Positions 39,247-49,129 of a DNA stretch of 64,000 nt are shown here, piece after piece. Made by a program: the position numbers and the translations under genes. Source of the stretch: an uncultured delta proteobacterium (GTDB taxonomy: Bacteria > Myxococcota_A > Polyangia > Fen-1088); contig CAVTRY010000016.1 in assembly GCA_963737265.1 (NCBI GenBank), positions 32,001-96,000 of the forward strand, written 5' to 3'. The notes under the pieces are model-generated. The model was not told the origin of the DNA. It made no database searches and was given only the letters and a program-made list of their open reading frames with translations. How positions within the stretch are numbered: the stretch's first letter is position 1; each line of letters begins with the position of its first letter.

Positions 39247-40732
39247 CGGAGGGACGTTGCCGACGGCGTGGCGGGCGACCGCGTTCGAGCAGCTCGCCGA
39301 CGAGAGCTTGGACGGCGTCTGGGCCTGCGACCGCGAGCTCCGCTGTCTCTACTGGAACGCGACCATGGAGCGGCTCTCCGCCCTGCCGGCGGCGCGCGTC
39401 CTCGGCTATGGAATCAACGAGGTTCTCTCGCGGCTCGGCGACCGCGACGAGACGTCCTCGATCCGCGCCGTGCTCGAGGGAACGGCGGGCGTGTCGTCCG
39501 AGCGACGTGCCGCCACCCGCGAGGAGGCCCCGGGGACGTTCCGGACGCACTATCTGCCGATTCGTTCGGAGGTCGGGGAGGTGGTGGGCGTCGCCGCCAT
39601 GGTCCGAGACGTCACCGAAGAGGACCTGATCCGCCAGGCCCTGCGCGAGACCGACGCACGCTTCCGAAACATGGCGGACGCCTCGCCGGTGCTGCTCTGG
39701 ATGTCGAGATCCGACGGGCTCTGCACCTTCTTCAACCAAACGTGGCTGGCGTTTACCGGACGGACGATGGAAGAGGAATGGGGCGTCGGCTGGGCCGAGA
39801 ACGTCCACTTCGAGGACCTCGAGTCCTGCCTGGAGACCTACCGGGCGGCCTTCAACCAGCGGCGGCTGTTCGAGATGGAGTACCGCCTTCGCCGAAAGGA
39901 CGGTGCCTACCGCTGGATCCTCGACCGAGGGACGCCCCGCTACGTGCCGGACGGCCAGTTCGCGGGATACATCGGCTCGTGCGTCGACATCACGGAGCGC
40001 CGCGAGCTGGAGTCCGAGCTGCGCGGCGCCATCGAGGCGCGCGACGATTTTCTCTCCGTCGCCTCGCACGAGCTCGGGACGCCGCTCACGGCCCTCAAGC
40101 TGCACGTCGAACAGCTCCAGCGCACGCTCGGCCCCGCGCCTGCGGGCCCGGCCGGTCCGCGGTCGCTGGAGGGACGCGTCGAATCCATCGCCCAAGATGT
40201 CCAGCGCCTGGGGCATCTGGTGGAGACGCTGCTCGACAGCACGCGCCTGGCCGTCGGCGCCTGGAAGCCGCAAATAGAGCGCGTCGATCTCGGACAGCTG
40301 GTCGAACAGATTGTCGGAGAGCTCGCGCCCGTGGCGGAGGCGGCTGGATGCGCGGTGAAGCTTCGGAGCCAGGCCGGTCTGCTCGGACACTGGGATCGCG
40401 GCAGCCTGGAACAGACAGTGACCAACGTCCTCGGCAACGCTTTCAAGTTCGGCGCCGGCGCACCGGTCGAGATCGAGCTCGAGGGGGACGGCGCCTCGGC
40501 GACGGCGCGCATCCGCGACCACGGCGTCGGCCTTCCGGTGGAGCAGCACGAGGTGATCTTTCAGCGGTTCGGCCGGGCACCACACACGCGCGGTTACGGG
40601 GGCTTGGGTTTGGGGCTCTGGATCGCCCGTCAGTTTCTGGAGGCGATGGGCGGATCGATTCGCGTCAGGAGCACGGCCGGCGCCGGTGCGACGTTCGAGA
40701 TCGCGTTGCGCTGTGAGCCGGAGCGCTCATAG
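39233..40732 (+). CDS. Cytosolic PAS-PAS histidine kinase
   Basis: Two PAS domains; ASHELGTPL; NVLGNAFKF; GGLGLGL. GTG/TTG start (39233/39239) overlaps the tmoE stop. Confidence 0.9.
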   Translation: MRLADGGTLPTAWRATAFEQLADESLDGVWACDRELRCLYWNATMERLSALPAARVLGYGINEVLSRLGDRDETSSIRAVLEGTAGVSSERRAATREEAPGTFRTHYLPIRSEVGEVVGVAAMVRDVTEEDLIRQALRETDARFRNMADASPVLLWMSRSDGLCTFFNQTWLAFTGRTMEEEWGVGWAENVHFEDLESCLETYRAAFNQRRLFEMEYRLRRKDGAYRWILDRGTPRYVPDGQFAGYIGSCVDITERRELESELRGAIEARDDFLSVASHELGTPLTALKLHVEQLQRTLGPAPAGPAGPRSLEGRVESIAQDVQRLGHLVETLLDSTRLAVGAWKPQIERVDLGQLVEQIVGELAPVAEAAGCAVKLRSQAGLLGHWDRGSLEQTVTNVLGNAFKFGAGAPVEIELEGDGASATARIRDHGVGLPVEQHEVIFQRFGRAPHTRGYGGLGLGLWIARQFLEAMGGSIRVRSTAGAGATFEIALRCEPERS

Positions 40733-40782
40733 GGACGGGCTCGCGGATCGAGATTGAGGGCTCTCGAACGCCGGTCGCTCAA

Positions 40783-40816
40783 GGTTTCGAAACCGCTTGG
40801 TGCAAGTTTCGAAACT
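40783..40816. promoter_or_regulatory. Tandem palindromic operator-like sites
   Basis: GGTTTCGAAACC (40783) and AGTTTCGAAACT (40805), 22 bp apart. Confidence 0.55.
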
Positions 40817-40930
40817 CGTTCCCAATGAGTGACCCAGAAGGTATCCAAAGTGCCAGTTTCCCTTGAGTCTCTCGAATTCGATGAACATTGATTCTTGAGC
40901 TAAACCAGCGTTCGTGAAACCATTTGGACC

Positions 40931-42094
40931 GTGGACGGGGCGATCGGGGCAAACGAACAGCCAACCGTCTTGGTTGTCGATGACGAGCCCTCCATCGCTC
41001 GAGCGACCGAGAGGGTCCTCACCAAAGAGGGCTACAGGGTCGCGATTGCGGCCGGGGGACTGCAGGCGATCGACCTGGCTCGTTCGACGAGGTTCGACGC
41101 GATCGTCAGCGATCTCGCCATGCCGGACATGGACGGGCGGGCCTTGCTGCGCGCCGTCCGAGCGTCGGATCTGGATGTCCCCTTCGTCTTTTTGACCGGC
41201 AGCCCGGACCTTCAAAGCGCGATCGAGGCGATCGAGTACGGGGCCTTCCGCTACCTCATCAAACCCGTTCCGATAGACGAGCTTGCCGACGTCGTGAACC
41301 GAGCGGTCCGATGGCATCGTTTCGCCGTCGCTCGGCGAGAGGCTGCGCCCGAGATCCAGGGTCGGCCGATCGGCGATCGTGCGGGTCTGGAGGTGCGCTT
41401 CGCGGCCGCCCTCGAGCGGCTCTGGATGGCCACGCAGCCGATCGTCTCGTGCGGTCAGCGATCCGTGCTGGCCTACGAGACGCTGGTTCGTACCGACGAG
41501 CCGACGTTCCGAGGCCCACCCGACCTGCTCGATGCCGCGGAGAGGCTGGGGAGGACCGCGGAGCTCGGGCGACGGATTCGTCGGTTGGTCGCCGACCTCA
41601 TACCGGCAGCGCCCCCGTCGGCGTTGATATTCGTCAATCTGCATCCCGCCGACCTCGAAGATGACGAGCTGTCTGCGAGGGATGGGGTACTCACTCCCTT
41701 TGCGAGCCGGGTGGTCCTGGAGATCACCGAACGGGCCGCCCTCGACGGCATCCGTGGTCTTCGTGATCGGGTGGAGCATCTTCGGGCGCTCGGGTTTCGG
41801 ATCGCCATCGATGATCTCGGCGCGGGCTACGCCGGGCTGTCGAGCTGTGCCGCTCTGGAACCGGACGTCATCAAGGCGGACATGTCGCTCGTGCGCGGGA
41901 TCGAGACCTCGCCGATTCGACAAAAATTGATGCGCGCGATCGTCGCGCTGTCGAACGACCTCGGCGTGCAGCTGATCGCCGAAGGGGTCGAAACAGCCGC
42001 GGAGCAGGACTGCGTCGCCGCGCTCGGCGCGCACGCCGTGCAGGGCTACTTCTTCGCGAGACCAGGTCGTGGGTTTCCTTCGATTGCAACCTGA
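40931..42094 (+). CDS. REC-EAL c-di-GMP phosphodiesterase
   Basis: REC domain followed by YETLVR, FVNL, LEITE, DDLGAGY, AEGVET and QGY motifs. Confidence 0.92.
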   Translation: MDGAIGANEQPTVLVVDDEPSIARATERVLTKEGYRVAIAAGGLQAIDLARSTRFDAIVSDLAMPDMDGRALLRAVRASDLDVPFVFLTGSPDLQSAIEAIEYGAFRYLIKPVPIDELADVVNRAVRWHRFAVARREAAPEIQGRPIGDRAGLEVRFAAALERLWMATQPIVSCGQRSVLAYETLVRTDEPTFRGPPDLLDAAERLGRTAELGRRIRRLVADLIPAAPPSALIFVNLHPADLEDDELSARDGVLTPFASRVVLEITERAALDGIRGLRDRVEHLRALGFRIAIDDLGAGYAGLSSCAALEPDVIKADMSLVRGIETSPIRQKLMRAIVALSNDLGVQLIAEGVETAAEQDCVAALGAHAVQGYFFARPGRGFPSIAT

Positions 42095-42148
42095 GAGAGG
42101 GGCGTGGATGGAGACCTTGGATGGTCGCGGGCGTGGACCCCGTGAAAC

Positions 42149-42433
42149 GTGAAGCCCTGCACCGGCCGGATGGTCGTCGCGACCTGGGTGGCAATCGCGG
42201 TCCTCACGGGGGCGACGGTCGCCATGTTGAAGTTGACGAACGTGCCCGGCGAGCAGCTCTACGATTCCGTCATCGATGGCGGGGGGGTGGAGGTCGCCGC
42301 CACCATCTTTGTGTGGTGGTCCGTTGTGACCTTCGCGTGCGGCGCCTCTCTCACCTGGGCTGCGTTGGCGTTGCGAGCTCGTGTCGTGGCGCGCCGACTG
42401 CAGCGCGACACCCGTGAGCCAGATGCGCGATGA
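42149..42433 (+). CDS. Hypothetical small membrane protein
   Basis: Two hydrophobic segments; start uncertain. Confidence 0.4.
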   Translation: MKPCTGRMVVATWVAIAVLTGATVAMLKLTNVPGEQLYDSVIDGGGVEVAATIFVWWSVVTFACGASLTWAALALRARVVARRLQRDTREPDAR

Positions 42434-42452
42434 CCGGAGCGACGCTTCGCCC

Positions 42453-42560
42453 ATCGAGATGCCTAAGGACGAAGTCGATGCGATCGCTGCCTGGATGCGC
42501 TCGATGACGGGCGCGCCGGATCCCGCCTACATCGCGGCTCCCCGGCTGCCCCCGGGTTGA
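42453..42560 (+). pseudogene. 3' remnant of a cytochrome c peroxidase paralog
   Basis: IEMPKDEVDAIAAWMRSMTGAPDPAYIAAPRLPPG* matches the C-terminus of 44164-45186 (LEISEEEVYAIADWMRSMTGEPDPDYIAAPELPPGG*). Confidence 0.85.
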
Positions 42561-42566
42561 GGACGG

Positions 42567-43958
42567 CTAGGTCTCGAAGTCGCGGGCACGAATCCCGAGG
42601 CTTTTCATCTTCACGTGCAGCGTCTTGAAATCCGTGCTGAGGCTGCGCGCGGCCTCGCTCTTGTTGCCTTGCGCTGCCCTCAGCGCCTCGCAGATCACTT
42701 GACGTTCCGCTTCGCGGGCCGCTCGATCGGCGACCTCCTTGAGCGTTTGGCCGGGCAATCTCGTCGCGATCGCTGCGGAGGCTGTTTCGACCACACCGAG
42801 ACATCTCTGGATCGTTGCGCGCTCCAGGAGCAAATCTTTTGATTCGAGAACCGCCTGCCGGATCACGTTGCGAAGCTCGCGGACGTTGCCTGGCCAGGAA
42901 TGACGCTTGAGGAAGTCCAGAGCTTCGGGCGCGATCCCCTGCATCGGATGGCGCAACTCGACGCTCACCTCGCGCATGAATCGCTCGGCGAGGTGAGCGA
43001 TGTCTTCGGGCCGATCCCGCAGCGGGGGAAGATGGATCGTGTACTGGGCGAGCCGGAAATACAGGTCTGAGCGAAACTGTCCTTCCTTGACGCGGGCCTG
43101 CAGATCGCTGTTCGTGGCCGCGATGAACCGCACGTCAATGGACGTTGGCTGGCTGGCTCCAACCACCTGGAGCTTCCGCGACTCGAGCACCCGGAGCAGC
43201 TTGGCCTGGAGACCGAGGGGGAGGTTGCCGATCTCGTCGAGAAACAGGGTGCCGCTTTCGGCGAGGTGAAAGTGTCCGGTCCTCCGCCGGTCAGCGCCCG
43301 TGAAGGCGCCCTTTTCATGTCCGAACAATTCGGATTCGAGAAGCGCCTCCGGGATGGCGCCGCAGTCGAGAGCGATGAACGGCTTCGTACGCCGTTCGCT
43401 TTCGCGGTGGAGCGCGCTGGCCACCAAGTCCTTGCCCGTTCCGGTCTCTCCCAGAACCAACACGGAGAAGTTCGTGGCGGCGACGGTCGTCACCTGTTCA
43501 ATGATTCGTCCGACGATCGGGCTCGGACCCATCAGCGTGTCCAGTCCCCCGGCGCCGGTCCGGCGCCGGAGCTCTTCGACCTCGCTCAAAAGGGCGCGCG
43601 CTTGCAGAGCACGCCCGACCACCAGACTGATCTCGGTTGAGTCGAATGGCTTGGTGAGATAGTCGACCGCTCCGAGTTGCATCGCGCGCACGGCCGTTTT
43701 GACGTCGTCACAGCCGGTGAGCATGACCACCGGAAGGCCGGGCTTGGCGACCTTCAGTCGCTCGAGCACCTGGATGCCGTCGAGCCTGGGAAGCTCGAGG
43801 TCCACGATGACGATGTCGGGTTCGCGGGCGGTCACCAGGGCAAGCCCGCCCTCACCGTCCTCGGCGGTCAACACCTCAAAACCCTCCTTGACGAAGATCG
43901 CCGTCAACAGCCGAAGAATGGCGGGATCATCGTCGACCGCCAGTAGCCGCCGACCCAT
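42567..43958 (-). CDS. Sigma-54-dependent response regulator (NtrC family)
   Basis: REC, GETGTGKD, GAFTGA, WPGNVREL, Fis-type HTH. Confidence 0.95.
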   Translation of the reverse strand: MGRRLLAVDDDPAILRLLTAIFVKEGFEVLTAEDGEGGLALVTAREPDIVIVDLELPRLDGIQVLERLKVAKPGLPVVMLTGCDDVKTAVRAMQLGAVDYLTKPFDSTEISLVVGRALQARALLSEVEELRRRTGAGGLDTLMGPSPIVGRIIEQVTTVAATNFSVLVLGETGTGKDLVASALHRESERRTKPFIALDCGAIPEALLESELFGHEKGAFTGADRRRTGHFHLAESGTLFLDEIGNLPLGLQAKLLRVLESRKLQVVGASQPTSIDVRFIAATNSDLQARVKEGQFRSDLYFRLAQYTIHLPPLRDRPEDIAHLAERFMREVSVELRHPMQGIAPEALDFLKRHSWPGNVRELRNVIRQAVLESKDLLLERATIQRCLGVVETASAAIATRLPGQTLKEVADRAAREAERQVICEALRAAQGNKSEAARSLSTDFKTLHVKMKSLGIRARDFET

Positions 43959-44134
43959 GTCAACCTCGCCGACCACCGTAACAGACCGACGCGACCATCA
44001 CCAGCGATCGTCGGTCCAGACTGGTCTGGATCGAGGCGAGATCACCAGGACTGTGGCACGGGCTCCAGAGAGCGCGCGCCGACAAATGGCCACCGGCACG
44101 CACAATCCCCGCACTTCGGTCTGGTCTTTGGTGT

Positions 44135-44150
44135 CGGCACGCCGTTCGCA
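44135..44150 (+). promoter_or_regulatory. Putative sigma-54 promoter of cytochrome c peroxidase
   Basis: cGG-CACGCCGTTC-GCA. Confidence 0.55.
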
Positions 44151-44163
44151 GTGGGCGAGAGGT

Positions 44164-45186
44164 ATGAGGGCTTGGTTCAAGAAGAGGTGGTGGGTTGGTG
44201 CGTACGCGCTCGCGCTCGCGCCATCGTTGGGATGTGCGGCAGGTCCGGCTCGAGCTCCGGCCCCGCCCAAGTACGTCGACGATGTCCCGCAGATGGTGGC
44301 GGATAGAGTTTCCCCCCCGCAGGACCCGAACCGGGTCGCGCTGGGACGGCTGCTGTTTCACGACCCTCGGCTTTCGAAGGGTCGCCAGGTCTCTTGCAAC
44401 AGCTGTCACGTCCTGACGAGGTTTGGCATCGACGGCCAGACGATCTCCACCGTTTGGGGGGCCCAGGCCGGCAGGCGCAATGTCCCGAGCATCTTCAACG
44501 CTGCCACGCACCTCGCCCAGTTCTGGGACGGTCGTGCTCTCACCGTGGAGGCGCAGGCTGGCGAGGCGATGACGAACCCGGTCGAGATGGCCATGCCCAA
44601 CGAGGAGGCAGTCGTCGACGCGATCTCCCGGGTACCCCGATACGTCGAGATGTTTCAGACGGCGTTTCCCGATGACAACCAGCCCATCTCAGTCCGAAAC
44701 GTCGGTGAGGCCATCGGCGCGTTCGAACGCGGCCTCGCGACCAAATCACGCTGGGACAAGTTCATAGCGGGCGACCACGCGGTGCTCACCTCGCAGGAGA
44801 AGCGAGGATTGAACGTGTTCATGCAACGCGGATGCATCGTGTGCCATGCGGGACCCCAGGTCGGCGGGACCAGCTTACAGAAGGTCGGCGCGGTGTTCCC
44901 TTGGCCGAACCAGACGGACAAGGGCCGCCTCGAAGTCACCCACTTCGAACCGGATCGAATGGTGTTCAAGGTGCCCTCCCTGAAGAACATCGCCGAGACC
45001 GGGCCGTACTTCCACGACGGTTCTACCTCGAGCCTCGAAGTGGCCATCAAGCTGATGGCGTTTCACCAGCTCGGGCTCGAGATCAGCGAGGAAGAGGTCT
45101 ACGCAATTGCCGATTGGATGCGTTCGATGACCGGGGAACCGGATCCGGACTATATCGCGGCTCCTGAGCTCCCCCCGGGAGGTTAG
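44164..45186 (+). CDS. Di-heme cytochrome c peroxidase (lipoprotein)
   Basis: Lipobox SLGC; CNSCH and CIVCH; QFWDGRA, FKVPSL.NI and PYFHDG motifs. Confidence 0.94.
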   Translation: MRAWFKKRWWVGAYALALAPSLGCAAGPARAPAPPKYVDDVPQMVADRVSPPQDPNRVALGRLLFHDPRLSKGRQVSCNSCHVLTRFGIDGQTISTVWGAQAGRRNVPSIFNAATHLAQFWDGRALTVEAQAGEAMTNPVEMAMPNEEAVVDAISRVPRYVEMFQTAFPDDNQPISVRNVGEAIGAFERGLATKSRWDKFIAGDHAVLTSQEKRGLNVFMQRGCIVCHAGPQVGGTSLQKVGAVFPWPNQTDKGRLEVTHFEPDRMVFKVPSLKNIAETGPYFHDGSTSSLEVAIKLMAFHQLGLEISEEEVYAIADWMRSMTGEPDPDYIAAPELPPGG

Positions 45187-45245
45187 AGAGAGACAGTCGT
45201 TTGGGCTTGGCGAGGCGCGCGGCCGGACCGGTGTACACTCGACCT

Positions 45246-46625
45246 GTGGATACCTTGATCGTCGACGACGATCCCGCTGTTCGAGCGGTCTTGCGCAAGC
45301 TCCTGACCCGACGGGGCGACAATGTCCTCGAAGCGGAGGATGGGAGGCAAGCGATCGATCAGCTCGGCGCCCGGGCGGTCGATCTGGTCATCACGGACCT
45401 GCTCATGCCTCGTGCGAACGGGCTCGAGGTTTTGCGCCACGTGCGCGAAAGAAGACCGCAGATCCCCGTGATCATGCTGACCGCTGAAGGATCCATCCGG
45501 GACTGCGTCGAAGCCATGCGGGCCGGCGCATTCAATTTCCTGACCAAGCCGTTCCACACTGACGACCTCGAGGAGATCATCCGCCAGGCAACCTGCGCTC
45601 GGGGGCTACGACCCGCATCGGGTGCTGGCGCCTCGGGCCCGGCAACACCCGCCGAGCCTGGGCAGCCGCAGATCGCGCTGGTCGGCGAATCAAATGCTCT
45701 ACGGGCCGTCATCGACATGGTCGAACGGATCGCGGGAAGCGGTTCCACCGTGCTCATCACCGGAGAAAGCGGGACAGGCAAGGAGGTGGTCGCGCGGCTG
45801 CTTCACTATTCCTCGCCGCGGGTGGGGCAACCGTTCGTCGCCGTGAACTGCGGGGCTATTCCCGAAACCCTGATCGAAAGCGAGCTCTTCGGCCACGTCA
45901 AGGGGGCCTTCACCGGAGCCGTCGACTCGCGCCCGGGGCGGTTCGCCCAGGCCGACGGTGGAACGTTGTTTCTCGACGAGATCGGCGAGCTGGCGTTGCC
46001 CCTTCAGGTGCGCCTTCTGCGCGTCTTGCAGGAGCGGGTGATCACCCCAGTGGGTGACTCACGGGTCCGCGCGGTCGACGTCCGGATCATCGCCGCCACC
46101 AACCGCGACCTCGAGGGCATGGTCAAGGAGGGGAAATTTCGGCAGGACCTCTTCTATCGGCTGGAGGTCTTGCCCGTCAGGTTACCCGCTCTTCGCGAAC
46201 GTCGCGAAGACATCCCGCTTCTGGCCGCACATTTCCTCGAGTCGACGAACCAACGCTTGGGCCGCCAGATCGCCATATCCGAGGGCGCGCTGGCAGTCAT
46301 GCGGCTCTATGACTGGCCCGGCAACGTGCGCGAAATGGAAAATCTGTTCGAGCGTCTCGTCGTTCTTTCACGTGGAGGCGCGATCAGTGCCTCCGACCTG
46401 CCAGAGCGCATGCGCTCTGGCCCGGCTGCGGCACAGATCGCCGACGCTTCGGCGTCTCTTGCCCTCGGCGCCTTCAACCTCGTCGCGTCAATGGCGGCCA
46501 TCGAAAGTACGCTGATCGAACAGGCGATGCGGCAAGCGAGCGGCAATAAGACCCGTGCGGCGGAGCTTCTCGGCATCAGTCGGACGACCCTCCTCGACAA
46601 GTTGAAGCGGGGGAATGGCGATTGA
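45246..46625 (+). CDS. Sigma-54-dependent response regulator (NtrC family)
   Basis: [39 protein letters not shown]. Confidence 0.95.
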   Translation: MDTLIVDDDPAVRAVLRKLLTRRGDNVLEAEDGRQAIDQLGARAVDLVITDLLMPRANGLEVLRHVRERRPQIPVIMLTAEGSIRDCVEAMRAGAFNFLTKPFHTDDLEEIIRQATCARGLRPASGAGASGPATPAEPGQPQIALVGESNALRAVIDMVERIAGSGSTVLITGESGTGKEVVARLLHYSSPRVGQPFVAVNCGAIPETLIESELFGHVKGAFTGAVDSRPGRFAQADGGTLFLDEIGELALPLQVRLLRVLQERVITPVGDSRVRAVDVRIIAATNRDLEGMVKEGKFRQDLFYRLEVLPVRLPALRERREDIPLLAAHFLESTNQRLGRQIAISEGALAVMRLYDWPGNVREMENLFERLVVLSRGGAISASDLPERMRSGPAAAQIADASASLALGAFNLVASMAAIESTLIEQAMRQASGNKTRAAELLGISRTTLLDKLKRGNGD

Positions 46626-46685
46626 ACATGCCCGGCCGCGCGAACAGATACCCCTGCATCAGATCACGGCCGCTGCCGGCGACGC

Positions 46686-48683
46686 TCAATGTCCCTCTCC
46701 CTGCGGAGGCAGTCGAATTCTTGTCGAGACATCCTCTCCGTCGAGGACCTCTCGAACCTTCCGGCTGAGCAGCGCGGGCGTGATCGGTTTTTGCACGAAC
46801 GCCACGCCCGTCTCGAGCACACCATGGCGGACGATGCTGTCGTCGGTGTATCCCGACATGCAGAGGACCTTCATGTCAGGCCGGGTCCTGCTCAACCGCT
46901 TGGCCAGCTCGGGACCGCTCATCTGCGGCATGACGACGTCCGTGAGCAGGAGATCGATTCCGCCGAGATGTCGTTCGCAGATGAGGAGCGCCTCTCCTGC
47001 GTTCTGCGCCGAGATCACTTGATACCCCTGCCGGCGCAGAATATTCATGGCGATCACACGCACCTGCTCCTCGTCTTCGACGAGCAGGATGGTCTCCGAA
47101 CCGCGAAGGGTGGCCGGAGCGATCGGCGGTCTCAGCACATCGACTTCGTCATCCACCCGCGGGAGATAGACCTTGAACGTCGTGCCTTTGTTGGGCTCGC
47201 TGTAGACCCAGATATTGCCGCCGCTCTGTTGGACAATCCCGAACACGGTCGAGAGTCCGAGGCCGGTTCCCTTCCCCATCTCTTTGGTCGTAAAAAACGG
47301 CTCGAAGATCCGCTTCTGCGTCTCGCGGTCCATTCCGATCCCAGTATCGGTCACGGCCAACATCACGTAGGGGCCGGTCTTGGTGGGCAGGTGGCCAAGG
47401 GCGTAGGAATCATCCAGGACGACGTTTCCGGTCTCGATGGTGAGCTTGCCGCCCTTCGGCATGGCGTCGCGCGCGTTCACGACCAGGTTGAGGATCACTT
47501 GCTCGATGTGGCTCGGATCGGCCTTGACCCTGCCAATCGATTTCGGAGGCAAGGAGACCAACTCGACGTCCTCACCGAGAATGCGCTGGAGCATCTTGTC
47601 CATCCCGGTCAGCACCTCATGCAGATCGAGGACCTTCGGCTCGACGACTTGCTGGCGGCTGAACATCAACAGCTGACGGGTGAGCCCCGCCGCCCGGGTG
47701 GCGGCTTTGCGGATCTCCTCGACGTCGGTTCGCAGGGGATCGGTGGGCTTGAGGTCCGCCAGAATGAAGTCTCCGTAACTGAGGATCACGGAGAGCACGT
47801 TGTTGAAGTCGTGTGCCACGCCGCCGGCCAAGCGGCCCACCGCTTCCATCTTCTGCGCCTGGCGCAGCTGCTCTTCGCTCTGGCGAAGCGCGTCTTCTGC
47901 CTGCCTTCGTCCGGCTTCCGCGCGCTTGCGTTCGGTCAGATCGGCGATGAACGCGATGGTCATCGGATACTCAAGCATCGCCACGCCAACCAGGATCGAA
48001 ACGCGGCTCCCGTCCTTGCGAAACGTTTCGGTTTCCCAGGGGGGGGCGACACCGGTTGTTCGCAGCTGGTCGACGGAGCGCGCACCCCGACCGCGGAACT
48101 CGTCCGGGGTGAGGTCCACCCACCGCACCGCGCCCTGGAGGATCTCCTCACGCGAGTAGCCGACAATGGCCAGATAGGCGTCGTTCGCTTCGAAGACCTG
48201 GCCGTGGACATCCGCGGTTACGATTCCGACGACGCCGGACTCCGAGAGCCTTCGAAACCGCGCCTCGCTCTCCCGCAAAGCTTTCTCGGCCAGCCGCCGG
48301 GCCGAGCGCTCCTTGGCCTCGCGAACCTCGCGTTCGATGGCCGGCAACAGTCGACCGAGCTTGTCCTTGAGGACGTAGTCGTGCGCTCCGGCGCGCATGG
48401 CCTCCACCGCGGTCTCTTCGCCAATCGTTCCCGACACGATGATGAACGGCAGGTCGATCCCGCTCTCTTTCAAGATCGCCAGCGCCGCCGGAGCGGTGAA
48501 CCTGGGCATCGACCAGTCCGAGGTGACGACGTCCCAGTTGCGTTGGAGCGCCGCGCGCATCGCCTCGGCCGTCTCGACCCGATCGAACTCGACGAGCTGT
48601 CCCGCGCGACGCAGCTCACCGACGACCAGCTTCGCGTCGGTCGCCGAATCCTCCACCATGAGAACGCGCAACGGGTTCGTCAT
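46686..48683 (-). CDS. Hybrid kinase REC-PAS-HisKA-HATPase-REC
   Basis: QAQKMEAVGRLAGGVAHDFNN, NARDAM, FFTTK.GKGTGLGL, C-terminal REC. Confidence 0.94.
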   Translation of the reverse strand: MTNPLRVLMVEDSATDAKLVVGELRRAGQLVEFDRVETAEAMRAALQRNWDVVTSDWSMPRFTAPAALAILKESGIDLPFIIVSGTIGEETAVEAMRAGAHDYVLKDKLGRLLPAIEREVREAKERSARRLAEKALRESEARFRRLSESGVVGIVTADVHGQVFEANDAYLAIVGYSREEILQGAVRWVDLTPDEFRGRGARSVDQLRTTGVAPPWETETFRKDGSRVSILVGVAMLEYPMTIAFIADLTERKRAEAGRRQAEDALRQSEEQLRQAQKMEAVGRLAGGVAHDFNNVLSVILSYGDFILADLKPTDPLRTDVEEIRKAATRAAGLTRQLLMFSRQQVVEPKVLDLHEVLTGMDKMLQRILGEDVELVSLPPKSIGRVKADPSHIEQVILNLVVNARDAMPKGGKLTIETGNVVLDDSYALGHLPTKTGPYVMLAVTDTGIGMDRETQKRIFEPFFTTKEMGKGTGLGLSTVFGIVQQSGGNIWVYSEPNKGTTFKVYLPRVDDEVDVLRPPIAPATLRGSETILLVEDEEQVRVIAMNILRRQGYQVISAQNAGEALLICERHLGGIDLLLTDVVMPQMSGPELAKRLSRTRPDMKVLCMSGYTDDSIVRHGVLETGVAFVQKPITPALLSRKVREVLDGEDVSTRIRLPPQGEGH

Positions 48684-49129
48684 GGCGCAGGGCGGGGCGT
48701 CGGCGCCGGTTCGTTCAAGAGCAGCCAGAAGAGCCCCAACGTCTTGGCAGCTTCCACGAACGCCACGAACTCCACCGGTTTCCTCACGTAGGCGTTTGCG
48801 CCCAGGGTGTAGCTCTGCATGACATCCTCCTCCTCCTTGGAGGCCGTCAACACGATGACCGGCAAGAGGCGGGTGCGCTCGGCGGCGCGAATGCGGCGGA
48901 GAACCTCGAGGCCATCGATCCGCGGCAGGTTCAGGTCGAGCAAGACGACGGTGGGGAGCGCGTTCGGGTCGCGCCCCGCGTGCTTCCCGGTTCCGAAGAT
49001 GTAGTCGAGCGCGTCCGCCCCGTCGCGCACGACCACGACCTCGTTCGAGACGCCGCACTTCTTGAAGGCCAATACGGTCAGCTTTTCGTCGCTGGCGTTG
49101 TCCTCGACCAGCAGGATGACCTTGTTCAT
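48680..49129 (-). CDS. Single-domain response regulator (Rcp1-like)
   Basis: LLVEDN..D, LLDLNLP..DG and GANAYV.KPV.F motifs; ATGA overlap with the upstream kinase. Confidence 0.94.
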   Translation of the reverse strand: MNKVILLVEDNASDEKLTVLAFKKCGVSNEVVVVRDGADALDYIFGTGKHAGRDPNALPTVVLLDLNLPRIDGLEVLRRIRAAERTRLLPVIVLTASKEEEDVMQSYTLGANAYVRKPVEFVAFVEAAKTLGLFWLLLNEPAPTPRPAP

